NCBI GenBank assembly: GCA_964016885.1
Contig: OZ024743.1
Location: 245,458,001 to 245,522,000 of the forward strand
Source: Eledone cirrhosa
Lineage: Eukaryota
Direction of reading: 5' to 3'
DNA: 64,000 nucleotides
Shown here: positions 1 to 12,119 of the stretch, piece by piece
How positions within the stretch are numbered: position 1 is the first letter of the stretch
How the letters are laid out: every line of letters starts with the position of its first letter
Made by a program: the position numbers and the translations under genes
Notes under the pieces: generated by a model
Told to the model about the DNA's origin: nothing
What the model saw: the letters and a program-made list of their open reading frames with translations, nothing else
The model's database searches: none

Positions 1-490
<490 letters not shown>

Positions 491-536
491 AATAATGGAG
501 CTGCAGCGCTGCAAATGGGTTACATATGAAAAAGTT

Positions 537-641
537 TGTCCTCATCAGTGGCCTTCCAACCGTCGTAGGCATTTCGTCGCATTAAAGGCCATATACCTCA
601 GGTTGGTGCGAGCAACGGCTAAAAAAAAAGTCGTTGGGACA
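537..641 (-). ncRNA. Non-circularly permuted hammerhead ribozyme candidate (family G, variant 1)
   Basis: Minus strand: GTCC-hairpin-TCGCA-CCAACC-TG-AGGTAT-A^-TGGCCTT-TAA-TGCGA-C-GAA-ATGCCT-ACGAC-GGTTGG-AAGGCCA-CTGATGA-GGAC. All core nucleotides are present and helices covary with 37521-37621. Confidence 0.75.
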
Positions 642-764
642 CGTAAATAAAGGGGACGCTAGGGTAAACAAACAAAATGGTTTAAGCAGCAGAAAGATAT
701 ATATATATATATATATATAATTTCTTTAAATTTAAAGAATTTAAATATAACTATAATAATAAGT

Positions 765-818
<54 letters not shown>

Positions 819-822
<4 letters not shown>

Positions 823-1122
823 TGTGAGTTCAATACTCAGACCGGGTGATGTGTTGTTTCCTTGAGCAAGACACTTTATTTCACATTGCTCCAGTTTACT
901 CACCTGTAGAAATGAGATGATAGGCACTGGGGTCCATATCATTCCACTGCAAAGTGGTCGTGGAGGTGCCACGGCAAAAAAGCACCCACCACTCACTGTA
1001 AAATGAGGTTGGTGTTAGGAAGGGCATCCAGCTGTAGAAATCAAGCCAGCATCAGTTCCCGTCCCACCCTTGCAAGCAGGGAAAAAGCGGACGTAAAATG
1101 AAATGATTAAATGATGATGATG
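819..1122 (+). mobile_element. 5'-truncated SINE-like element
   Basis: B-box-like GAGTTCAAT, central CCTTGAGCAAGACACTT motif, LINE-like tail GGAAGGGCATCCAGC, ends in (ATG)n. Confidence 0.55.
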
Positions 1123-1143
1123 ATATATATATATATATATACA

Positions 1144-1197
<54 letters not shown>

Positions 1198-1376
1198 GTA
1201 TCCACAGTAAGTTGTGAGGTCTATTCTGCATGAAGAACTCGATGTAATCCATATGTTGAAAATGTTGTAGGTTAAGATAAATCCCGGAAAACAATAAAAT
1301 ATTAAAAGGAAAACAGAGTCATGATATAAGTTAAAACAATGAAATAAAAAAATCAAGTCATTAGAGATATACTTCA

Positions 1377-1513
1377 CTGCTTTACGATCGTTTCTAGGTG
1401 ATGATAATACATTGTAGCTATACTCCGTTATTGATCTATGTAAGGTTAGTTAAAAATATCAGATAAAGAGAATATTTACTTACATGCATATCACCAGCTG
1501 TTTTCAAAAGCAA
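1377..1513 (-). ncRNA. Type I hammerhead, U3:A8 core variant, long stem II (family A, inverted pLTR copy)
   Basis: TTGCTT-TTGAAAA-[about 107 nt, GGTGAT/ATCACC helix]-GAAA-CGATCG-TA^-AAGCAG. Confidence 0.65.
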
Positions 1514-1779
1514 TAATAATTTTATTCAGAATTAGTAGTATGTTAGTATCATGTCCTTATTTGGAGTGGTTGAAGAACTAACCAATCAAATTGTTTTTTT
1601 CATATGGTGTTAAGATGAAAAGTAATACACTTTAGTTGAGGTCATGACCTTTGAAAGGAATGGTTGAATGGTGTTAATAGTAGAATTGGCATAAAAATCT
1701 ATTAGGAGGAAAGGGATTGTCAAACTGATAGTTGAATGTATCTGGTATAGTGAAGTTTAAAATGTAAAAAAACTATTGG

Positions 1780-2614
1780 ACAAATCCCCAAAAAATTCTT
1801 TGAAATTCTACATAAACATTTTCCACCAAACCACAAATACCACCAAATATTTAACAAATATACTGGTTAATTCTCATACTCTACATCAAACAATCTCCAG
1901 CAAAAAATAAGTAACTACAACATTTATAAACTTTAAAATAATATGACTACACCACCACAACATAATTTAAATAGGATTGCACCTTTTAAAAAGGCAAATA
2001 ATACAATCCTTCAACCTAGAAAACACAACCACCCAAATCACCTACACAAAAACAACAGAACACAAAATCACAATACAACCCTAGCACCAAACCACCCACA
2101 AAGCAACCTTCATTCTCCTGCTATCAATAGGAATAGCTCAAGGATTAATGAGAATAGTATAGGGACCCCCAGCAACCATCTTACGTATGGCTGTAATTGC
2201 AGAAATAGAAGCATTTGGCCCTTAAATGGCAACTGTTTGATTAATAATGTAATATATAAATGCACTGTGTCTACTACAGACTCCAACAAAACATATATAG
2301 GATCTACATCAAACACATTTAAGAAAAGATTTTACGCACACTCTAGTAGTTTCAACAATACTAAACTAGCTAACACCACATCTTTAGCTGAAGCGGTAAA
2401 TAATTAGAAAAAGAAAAAAATAGATTTCAAGTTATCGTGGAACACCATTCTGCAAAGAACTCTATATCTTGGGAACAGGAGGGAATGCAGATTATGTTCA
2501 GGGGAGATCTTGGAAATTACTAAATCTAAGGACGATTTATTAAATAAAAGGCAGGAACTGATCATAGTTTGTAATCATCGTATACGAAAAACATTTAAAT
2601 ACTATAAACCTAAT
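1780..2614 (+). pseudogene. PLE RT thumb, linker and GIY-YIG endonuclease remnant
   Basis: CNCRNRSIWPLNGNC..NVIYKCTV..KTYIGSTSNTFKKRFYAH; premature stop at 2407. Confidence 0.85.
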
Positions 2615-2862
2615 TAAATATTCTAAATAGCAACTCACTATAATTCCATATAGAGTAACATTTATTAGTACCCCTTTCCCCTAATTATATGCATTCATGC
2701 TTATTTTTTACCTTTTAATGTTTTAGCTTCTTTAGGTTTATGCGTTAATGACTAAAGGCAACAAGGTACACAACCACCCGCAATTGCACGAGTAGATATA
2801 TATCTATGTATGATATGGAAATATATTTATGTGTGTGTATATATATATTTATGTATGTGTAA

Positions 2863-2924
<62 letters not shown>

Positions 2925-4220
2925 GTATATGTATGTGTGTGTATGTGTGTGTATATATATGTGTGTTTGTGTGTGTGTATATGTGAGTATATGTGTATGA
3001 GTGTTTATATATGAGTGTGTGTACATGTATGAGGTGTGTACATACACACACATTTATATATGTGTGTATATGTATATATATATATAATGGGAGAGATGAC
3101 CCCTTAGCCTTTGTCAAGGCAGAATTCTAGGAGAAGGAAAACTCTGATATAACACCTGCAACTCTGATGGTATCCAATGATGTTGACTTGTTCTTCTTTT
3201 TGGTAAATATCATCTTGGTTAAGAGAGTGGGACTGGCTTTGTGCAGTGCCTTTGCTCACTATAAAAGCTTCCTGGCACAGGCATTGCTTTATATCTGGAG
3301 ATCTCCCTGCACTTGTCGTCACATGATACCATGGGCCCAGCACTAAGTGTCAATAATTGTCACAAGTGTAGTGTTTGTACCAGAGTTTTCAAGTCGCTGG
3401 GTGGACTAAAAAGTCACACTCGTTCAGCGCATCGGTAGGGGTTCTCCTACATGGATATAAAGTAGTGGCCGTACTCGAAAACGAGTTGGCAGCCACCATA
3501 TATGTATATATATATATGTATATATGTATATATGTATATATGTATATGTGTGGGTATAGGTGTGTATGTGCGGATATAGATATGTATGGATATGTGTGTA
3601 TACGATTATGTGCACATGTGTAAATGTGTATTTAGGTTTGCATCTATTTGTGCGTATGTATATTTTTGGCTGGATATCAATATAACTACCTCTCTCTATA
3701 TATAGTGTGTATATATGCACTTTGTAATCTATGAAATTTGTGTTTTAACTATGCCAACATGTATTTATCTGAGTTTGATTATTTATACATACTTGATAGT
3801 ATTTTAGAGCGTATCATATGCTGTATTATACTAATTGCAATTTACCACACCGTTGGTTATGTTGTATATTATCTTATAATTTTCATCTTTTAATATACTA
3901 TCTTTCCTAGCCATAACCTTAATTTATATTCACCTAAAAACTCAATACAACACTAATCACCATTTATTTTTATATTTTTTTACATTCCTTTTAAACTTCA
4001 CTATACCAGATACATTCAACTATCAGTTTGACAATCCCTTTCCTCCTAATAGATTTTTATGCCAATTCTACTATTAACACCATTCAACCATTCCTTTCAA
4101 AGGGTCATGACCTCAACTAAAGTGTATTACTTTTCATCTTAACACCATATGAAAAAAACAATTTGATTGGTTAGTTCTTCAACCACCCCAAATAAGGACA
4201 TGATACTAACATACTACTAA

Positions 4221-5039
4221 TCTATATATATAAAACTGTGGTTGTCTGTCTGTCTATCGATTTTTGGCACACATCTCCTCTTAGAATCTCTCACGGAATT
4301 GCACCGAAATTGCTAGACTTGTACATTGAGCCCTAGCGAAGACATCGGAAAAAAAAAATTTCAAATTGACCCACCCTATGTGACGAAATCGAATATAATG
4401 TATCGATTTTTGAGCGTAAATTATCAGTTATTTCCCTTTGTTCTGTTTACATTGAGCGTCTTACGTAAAAAATTACGCTGGTTTTCTCAGCGTTTAAAAT
4501 GACATTAACACAATACACGAACAGACAGTTGTCGAGCCAGCAAAATATTGACCTGCAAAATTCAGCAGTTCGAACACTAAGCTTCCGTTTTGCTTCATTT
4601 CCACTTAAAAGCATTTTAAAACAATATTTTTACTTGAAAACAAGTCTATTTAAAGACTACGTAAAACAAGCAAATATTTCAGGCGTGCAGACAGACAGTC
4701 GTGCAGAGAGGTGATATAGGCGTGCAGACAGACATAACTGATAATTTGGTTACGCTAATGTTTTTCTCTGCGTTGCAATGTTTACATTTTCGATCTTTGT
4801 TAATAAATAACCAGTGCAGTTTCTATCCCCAGCATCCTCTTTTGTTATAACATTCGGGTTATCGTTATGTTTTGTTAACTTCATAAGGCATATTGTTGGT
4901 TGAGGGAATATTAATCAAAAACACCACATGCAAGTCTGCACAGTAGACACTACAGTTTTTAAGCCAAAAAAGAAACTTAACATTGTAACTTTAACACAGC
5001 TACTGAGCGACCCCGAGCAACGCCGGGCTTTACTGCTAG
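4221..5039 (+). mobile_element. Non-autonomous Helitron, 819 bp
   Basis: 5' TC(TATATATATAAAACTG); 3' hairpin CCCGAGCAACGCCGGG then CTAG; inserted at A|T without TSD; the empty site is visible in the inverted pLTR copy at about 1521-1542. Confidence 0.92.
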
Positions 5040-5057
5040 TTCTGAATAAAATTATTG

Positions 5058-5195
5058 TTGCTTTTGAAAACAGTTGGTGATATGCATGTAAGTAAATATT
5101 CTCTTTATCTGATATTTTGTAACTAACCTTACATAGATCAATAACGGAGTATAGCTACAATGTATTATCATCACCTAGAAACGATCGTAAAGCAG
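5058..5195 (+). ncRNA. Type I hammerhead, U3:A8 core variant, long stem II (family A, 3' pLTR copy)
   Basis: Stem I TTGCTT(5058-63)/AAGCAG(5190-95); core TTGAAAA 5064-70; GAAA 5178-81; palindromic stem III ACGATCGT; GUA site. Confidence 0.65.
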
Positions 5196-5240
5196 TGAAG
5201 TATATCTCTAATGACTTGATTTTTTATTTCATTGTTTTAA

Positions 5241-5402
<162 letters not shown>

Positions 5403-5468
5403 TATATATATACATATATATTCATATATATATGTATATATATGTATATATGTACATATATATATATA

Positions 5469-6361
<893 letters not shown>

Positions 6362-6398
6362 TATATATACATATATGTTATATATATATATATATATA

Positions 6399-6741
6399 CA
6401 GTGTACCCCCGGAATTTGCGGTCCCGGTTATTCGCAGAATTTTCCTTGGAACCTAACTAATAATTGTTCGCGAAAACGGAAATATCTTCCGAGATTTTTT
6501 ATGGCTTTTTTCGTGACAATATATATATTTTTTTAACGCTAAATTATTATTAATAATATATCGTATTTGCCGATCTATTTATTGGACGTTCCTTCGCATA
6601 AGACGCTCCCTGTCTTTTTATCATATTTTACGTTATATTTTGACGTTTATAGGCATTTTTATGGACCACGTCCAGTAGTCGCGGTTTTCACTCTTCACGA
6701 GTGCTCTAGGAACGTAACCCCTGCGAATACTGGGATACAAC

Positions 6742-6743
<2 letters not shown>
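6399..6743. mobile_element. pogo/Tigger-like MITE
   Basis: Imperfect TIRs CAGTGTACCCCCGGAATTTGCGG / CTGCGAATACTGGGATACAACTG; TA on the left flank. Confidence 0.5.
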
Positions 6744-6804
<61 letters not shown>

Positions 6805-6813
<9 letters not shown>

Positions 6814-7000
6814 TAGAATAGATAGATAGATAGATAGATAAATAGATAGATTTCTTTATTAGCCACAAGGGCGCAACAAGAAAGGGGACAATACAAAGAC
6901 ATGCCGGGGATTTTACATACAGTCGTGTAAAAAATATAAAAACAAACAATTTCAACAATCGAAATCCCCAATAGGGGGGAGGCGCCACAAATGGGTTGTT
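6805..7000 (-). mobile_element. Solo 3' end of a Tx1-like LINE with (TCTA)n tail
   Basis: TTTCTTTATTAGCCACAAGGGC resembles the terminus TTTCTTTATTGGCAACAAGGGC at 14387-14408. Confidence 0.55.
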
Positions 7001-7705
7001 TAATACCCCGTCGATAGAACAACCCTCAACTCAAGGAGCGTGTTGTGCAAGTGCTCCTTTCTTCCTTTTGCTCTCTTCCTCAACCTACAGGCTTATAAAC
7101 AGAGAAGGCCCAATCACTCGGAGATAAATAGATAGATAGATAAATAGATAGATAGAGAGAGGGGGTGAATAAAAGCCCAACATTTTGATTGTGAATAAAA
7201 ATTTAATGGATATATACTTTTTCATTTTTTTCCTATTTGCCGGTCAGGAAATAGTCCATGACCGTCACAAGCTCTTTGAGACCAGAGTGTAATGAGGTCC
7301 AACATAACAAAGTTACCACAGTACAAAAGCTTTCTATTAGAAATAATGTCCTTTTTACTTAGAAGCTTACCATCCATCCATAAACTCGTAACTTCTGGTG
7401 GAGTTTCAGGGTTTCCGTCCTTACATTTTAGATCTTTCTCTACGTCTGAACACAGCCAATTTCTTCTAGAAAAGGAGAGAGTGAAAGAAAGGAAGTAAGA
7501 AAAAGACATAGAAGAATAGTGGACCTAGTACGGGACTGGTACTTTTTTTACCGACCTTGAAGGCAGTGACGTAGCTAGATTGTGTGCCGCCCGGGGAAGC
7601 CCTCCAGTTTGCCGTCCCCGAGCTCCATAAAAAATATATATTGCTCTTTTCCTCTTTTACCTGTTCCAGACATCCGGCTGAAGCCATGCTGGGGCACGGC
7701 CCTTT

Positions 7706-7756
7706 AAAAAATATGGAACGCTTCACGAATTTGCGTGTGATCCTTGCGCAGGGGCA

Positions 7757-7787
<31 letters not shown>

Positions 7788-7799
7788 GGTATATGTACT
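7706..7799 (-). pseudogene. U6: U6 snRNA retropseudogene, 5'-truncated by about 14 nt
   Basis: Minus strand AGTACATATACCAAAATTGGAACGATACAGAGAAGATTAGCATTGCCCCTGCGCAAGGATCACACGCAAATTCGTGAAGCGTTCCATATTTTTT. ACAGAGA box intact, substitutions in the ISL, (TA)n upstream instead of a promoter. Confidence 0.93.
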
Positions 7800-7816
7800 A
7801 TATATAACTCTTAAAG

Positions 7817-7860
<44 letters not shown>

Positions 7861-8415
7861 GAGAGGTATAGAGATTGTTTTAGCGAGAAGCTAACAGCAT
7901 TCTATAACATATATGTGACTATAACGTCAAGATGGGAAAAGTAGTTAACGTAGGATTTAGGAAAAATAATTCAAACTCATCTCAAAAGAGAATCAGGATA
8001 TGTATATATATATATCAACTAGTCTGTGTACAATTATAATATTATGCTGCAGCATTAAAAGAACGCTTATAGCCTACAGCAGACCCAAATTGTCGCCCCC
8101 CCCCCATAAAAGTGTCGCCCGTGCCGGACCGCCCCCTCGTCTCCCTCTAGCTACGCTACTGCTTGAAAGGATAAAAGGCAGGAGCTGGAACAAATACTGG
8201 AAAGACTTCTATCCGACATTCAAACAACACTGCCAATACACCACCCTAAAAGCTTACATTCCAATCCTGTTTTTAAGAACTTTAAAATATTAAAAGATTC
8301 TTGGCCGTTGTACAATGTCTAAATCTATCTTGAGTTTCTGTGAAATGATTAATAAGAAAATGCCATGCAAATTCAACAATATTTTTTATCTTATTCCGGA
8401 AAAAATATTAATCTT

Positions 8416-8465
<50 letters not shown>

Positions 8466-8959
8466 GCCATTTAACCAAACAACCAATCGCTACCACCGCC
8501 ACCATTGCACAAAATAGTTTTTCATAAAGAAATTCTGTATACAGGAGAAAAGTATACGCATACCCACTCTATGTATAATACATACATGCACAAATGCAAA
8601 CATATACATACACAGACATACACACACATACCAAACAACACACATACTCACACGCGCCTATATACACACACCCATACATATATACACGTAAACATACATA
8701 TGTAAATACAGGAGACATGTATCTTTTCATCACATAATACTCTTATACTCACACACACACACAATCACATACACATTCACACACACACACACATGTAGAT
8801 ACAAAAACACACACATGTATCATGTAAAACTCCCACATAATTAGAATGTCATATGCGGTGGATCACAGCCAATAACCAAGATTTATTAGAACAATTTGAT
8901 ATGGCATGAAAACGATTTCCGCCATATTAAAACTGAAAGATAATAATAATAAAAATGGT

Positions 8960-9058
8960 TTCAGTTTCTACTTTAGGCACAAAAGGCCAGCAATTGGGGG
9001 GGGGGGGGGGGTCGATTAAATCGACCCAGTGCATTACTGGTACTTTATTTTATCGACC
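8960..9058 (-). mobile_element. 3' part of tRNA-derived SINE (same family as 22793-22985)
   Basis: TTACTGGTACTTTATTTTATCGACC core and TTTCTACTTTAGGCACAA tail. Confidence 0.7.
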
Positions 9059-9069
9059 AAACAAACAAA

Positions 9070-12000
9070 TCTCGGACATGCCCGGCTGACGGCACCTCCA
9101 TGCCTGTAGAGTTTATCCTGAACTGGCAAAGCTCCTCGGTAGCACTGCCAGGCCAGGGATTTCTGGAAGTTGTCCATAGGCCCCGGCCCGAAAGTTCTTC
9201 CGAAGAGATTGGCTAGTTGATTTTCGTCGACGCCTAGAGTTTCCCCAAGTACGTCGTCGCGCTTCCCCTCCACTAATCCTCTATAGAAAGCCAAGGTGGA
9301 GTTTCCACCGATCACATTGCCCGATTGGTCGAGGGCTGTGAGCGCCTGAAGACATTCCAGTCTCCAAGCGCTCCCTCTCGGTCTTCGCTTGACCCAGGAC
9401 TGCAGCTCCGTCAAGGAGACGAGCTGGGGAAAGATGCGTCTAGCAAACGGAGACCACACCTGATCACCGCCGAGGAAGAGGTGGAGATGTCGTAGCCTGA
9501 GCGCGTGTCTGCGCATCATCAGCCACGGCATGCCCAGACCTCCATGTAGCGGGTGTTGACAGCAGATGGACCGCCTGACCATCGGATCGCGTCCCTTCCA
9601 CAAAAATTGAAAGAGCAAACGCTCCAGCGCAGTCAGGCGGAGCTTAGGACAAGGTACGACGGTCAGGCGGTAGTAGATGACGGAGGTGATGTACGCGTTA
9701 GCCACCTCCGTTCGACCTTTCAGGGATAGCTTCCTCTCCGCCCATTTCTGGGTGAGAGAAGCCACCCTGCTCGTCACCTCGTCCCAGTTTTTGTCCGTCT
9801 GGAGGTCCGGACCGAACCAGACCCCTAGCAATATAACCGGTCCGTCCGTCCAGCGCCCGACGACTCTGTTGGACGGCATGGACCTGCCTCTCCAGGTGCC
9901 GAGCTGCAGGCCCACCGACTTTTCCTGGTTGATCATTGCTCCTGTCACCGCTTTGTATTCTCTTAGTGTAGTGCCAATCGCCTCGATGTGTTTGGCGTTC
10001 GACACCACTACGGTGACATCGTCTGCATAAGCTGACACTGTTCTTCCGCATCCTAGTTCGCGCGGGATCCTCCTCAACGTCTCCAGTTTGTGCAGTAATG
10101 GCTCGAGAGTCAATACGTACAAGAGGGACGAGAGGGGACATCCTTGGTGGACCGAGCGCATGATCTTGAACGGTTCCGAAAGGTGACCGTTCATTCTCAC
10201 CACAGAGAAGATGTCGCTGTGCATGGCAGCAATCCAGCCTCTGAAGACGGGCCCAAAGCCAGCCGCCCTCAGGACTGCCGCTAGGTAACGATGGTCGACC
10301 CTATCGAAAGCTTTCGACTGATCTAAATTGATCAAGGACCCACCCGTGCCAGGTTCCCTAGATACCCTCTCCACGATGTATCGCTTGAGGTGGAGGTTGT
10401 CGTGGATAGATCTGTCTGGAATGGCGCATGTCTGCGCCTCTCCCACCAGACCACCAACGACAAGCGCCAACCTATTTGCTAGCATCTTGGCCAAAATTTT
10501 GAACTCTGTGTTTAGCAGAGTTATGGGCCTGAAATTATCTATGTTATCCCCCTTGTTCGGATCCTTTCTCAGCAGCACCACCGCTCCTCGGCTCACAGGG
10601 CTGGGAATTCTCCCGTTCTGTTGCCAGTTGCAGTAGAAGTCCGCCAAGAGCCAAAAGGCCTCCGAACAAGTCTGGCATCTGTACGTAAAATTCATAGGGC
10701 TGACCATCCAAACCAGGCGATTTACCCCTTGTGCAGCCAGTCATTGCCTCCCGTACTTCAGCGGATGTTATCGGCTTTTCGCAACACTCCGCCTCAGTAC
10801 CCGAGAGCCGCGGCAGTCCGTCGAGGTAGGCACTAAAGTCCATGCCTCGATCCGGCCCGCCGCTGCCCCCGAACAGCTGAGCGAAGTCTCGCTGAAAAGC
10901 TTCACACATTTTTCCGTGATCGAGTAGCATGCGCCCGTCGTGGTCCACCAAAGACCGGATCGTGGCTTTGTTGCCAGGACGCGCCTCCGCCACTCGGGCC
11001 CATTGAACGGCTTTCGTCTCCTCGTGTCTGAGAGCACGCACCCTAGCTCTGACAACACAGCCTTCATGCTTTGCATTGAAGAATTGGTCAAGGGCCAATT
11101 TCGCCGCAGGTACGTCGGTCGCGATGCCTTTACTAAGCGCCTCGTCTAATTTTCTAACTAGTTCTCTCTCTACTCTATTTTTCTCTATTGCTAAAGCCTT
11201 ACTAAACCTAATGGATTCTATTCTAATCGCTCTTTTCAGAGCAAACCACCATTTGTTGTTGACGCTGGCCACCGTCAACGCCCGCTTAACTAATTCGCTA
11301 ATCCGGTCTCTGTAGGCATTGCGCGCTGTTAATGACGCGTTTAGCTTCCAGTAGCCGGGTCCCTGTCTATGAAGCCTATCTAAGTCAACCTCACAGATCA
11401 CGGATTTGTGGTCCGTGTAGTCGACTATTTTGAAATGTGGACAGCCTATGCTAGACCTATCTATTTCCCTACAAAATACCCTATCTATATATGATCTGGA
11501 TGACCCGATGCGGTTTGTCCATGTCCACATTGGCACATTCGGGAAATCCAGACAGTACCTGTCAGACAGTTGAAACCGTCTGAGCAGGTTTGCGAGGCTT
11601 TTACACTCTCCTTCTCTATCCGCTAATCCCACACAGTCCCAGCGTACATCTAAGATCCCGTTCCAGTCGCCCACTGATACTAAAGAGCGGGACGTTCCAA
11701 GAAAGGTCTCCAGACGCCGGAAGAAATGAGGCCGCCCTGCTCCTGTCGGGACATAGACAGCCACTAGCCTGAAAGCTAGCCCGTCTCCGCTGGTCACGTC
11801 CAGCACCACCAACTTACCTTCTGGGTCCAGGAAGATGGCCCGTATGGCAAGATCCAAACCTCTCCGAAAAAGCACAGCAACTCCTCCCCCCGATCCAGGA
11901 CGGCTGGGAGATGCGTACACATCGAAGCCACCGAAGATCGGTGCGAAGGCTCGTGCTTCAGATATTCTGGTCTCGTTGATGGCCACCACATCTATGTTTA

Positions 12001-12079
12001 GTGACCTGAGCTAGTGGCCCTGCTTCCATGACGACCCCAGGCCACGCGCATTTATGCTGCCTATTCTGAGTGAGGTCAT
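9070..12079 (-). pseudogene. ORF2: APE endonuclease and reverse transcriptase, frameshifted
   Basis: MTSLRIGSINARGL start, NET, VGDWN, SYIDRVF, TDH, WKLNASL, KSPGLDG, FRPITLLN, LDQSKAFDRVDH, QGCPLS, YADD. Confidence 0.93.
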
Positions 12080-12119
12080 GTTGAAAAGGAGTGGAAAAAG
12101 ATGGGAAAGACCACTTACC

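Noticed and set aside
537-641. Reading the family G motif as an HDV-like ribozyme or an ordinary type II hammerhead
   Set aside because: No P3/L3/P1.1 elements are present for HDV. A type II fold gives no UH site or stem III between GAAA and CUGAUGA, whereas the permuted fold explains all the covarying helices.
7706-7799. Functional U6 gene
   Set aside because: The 5' stem-loop is missing, the ISL has substitutions, and there is no upstream PSE/TATA context.
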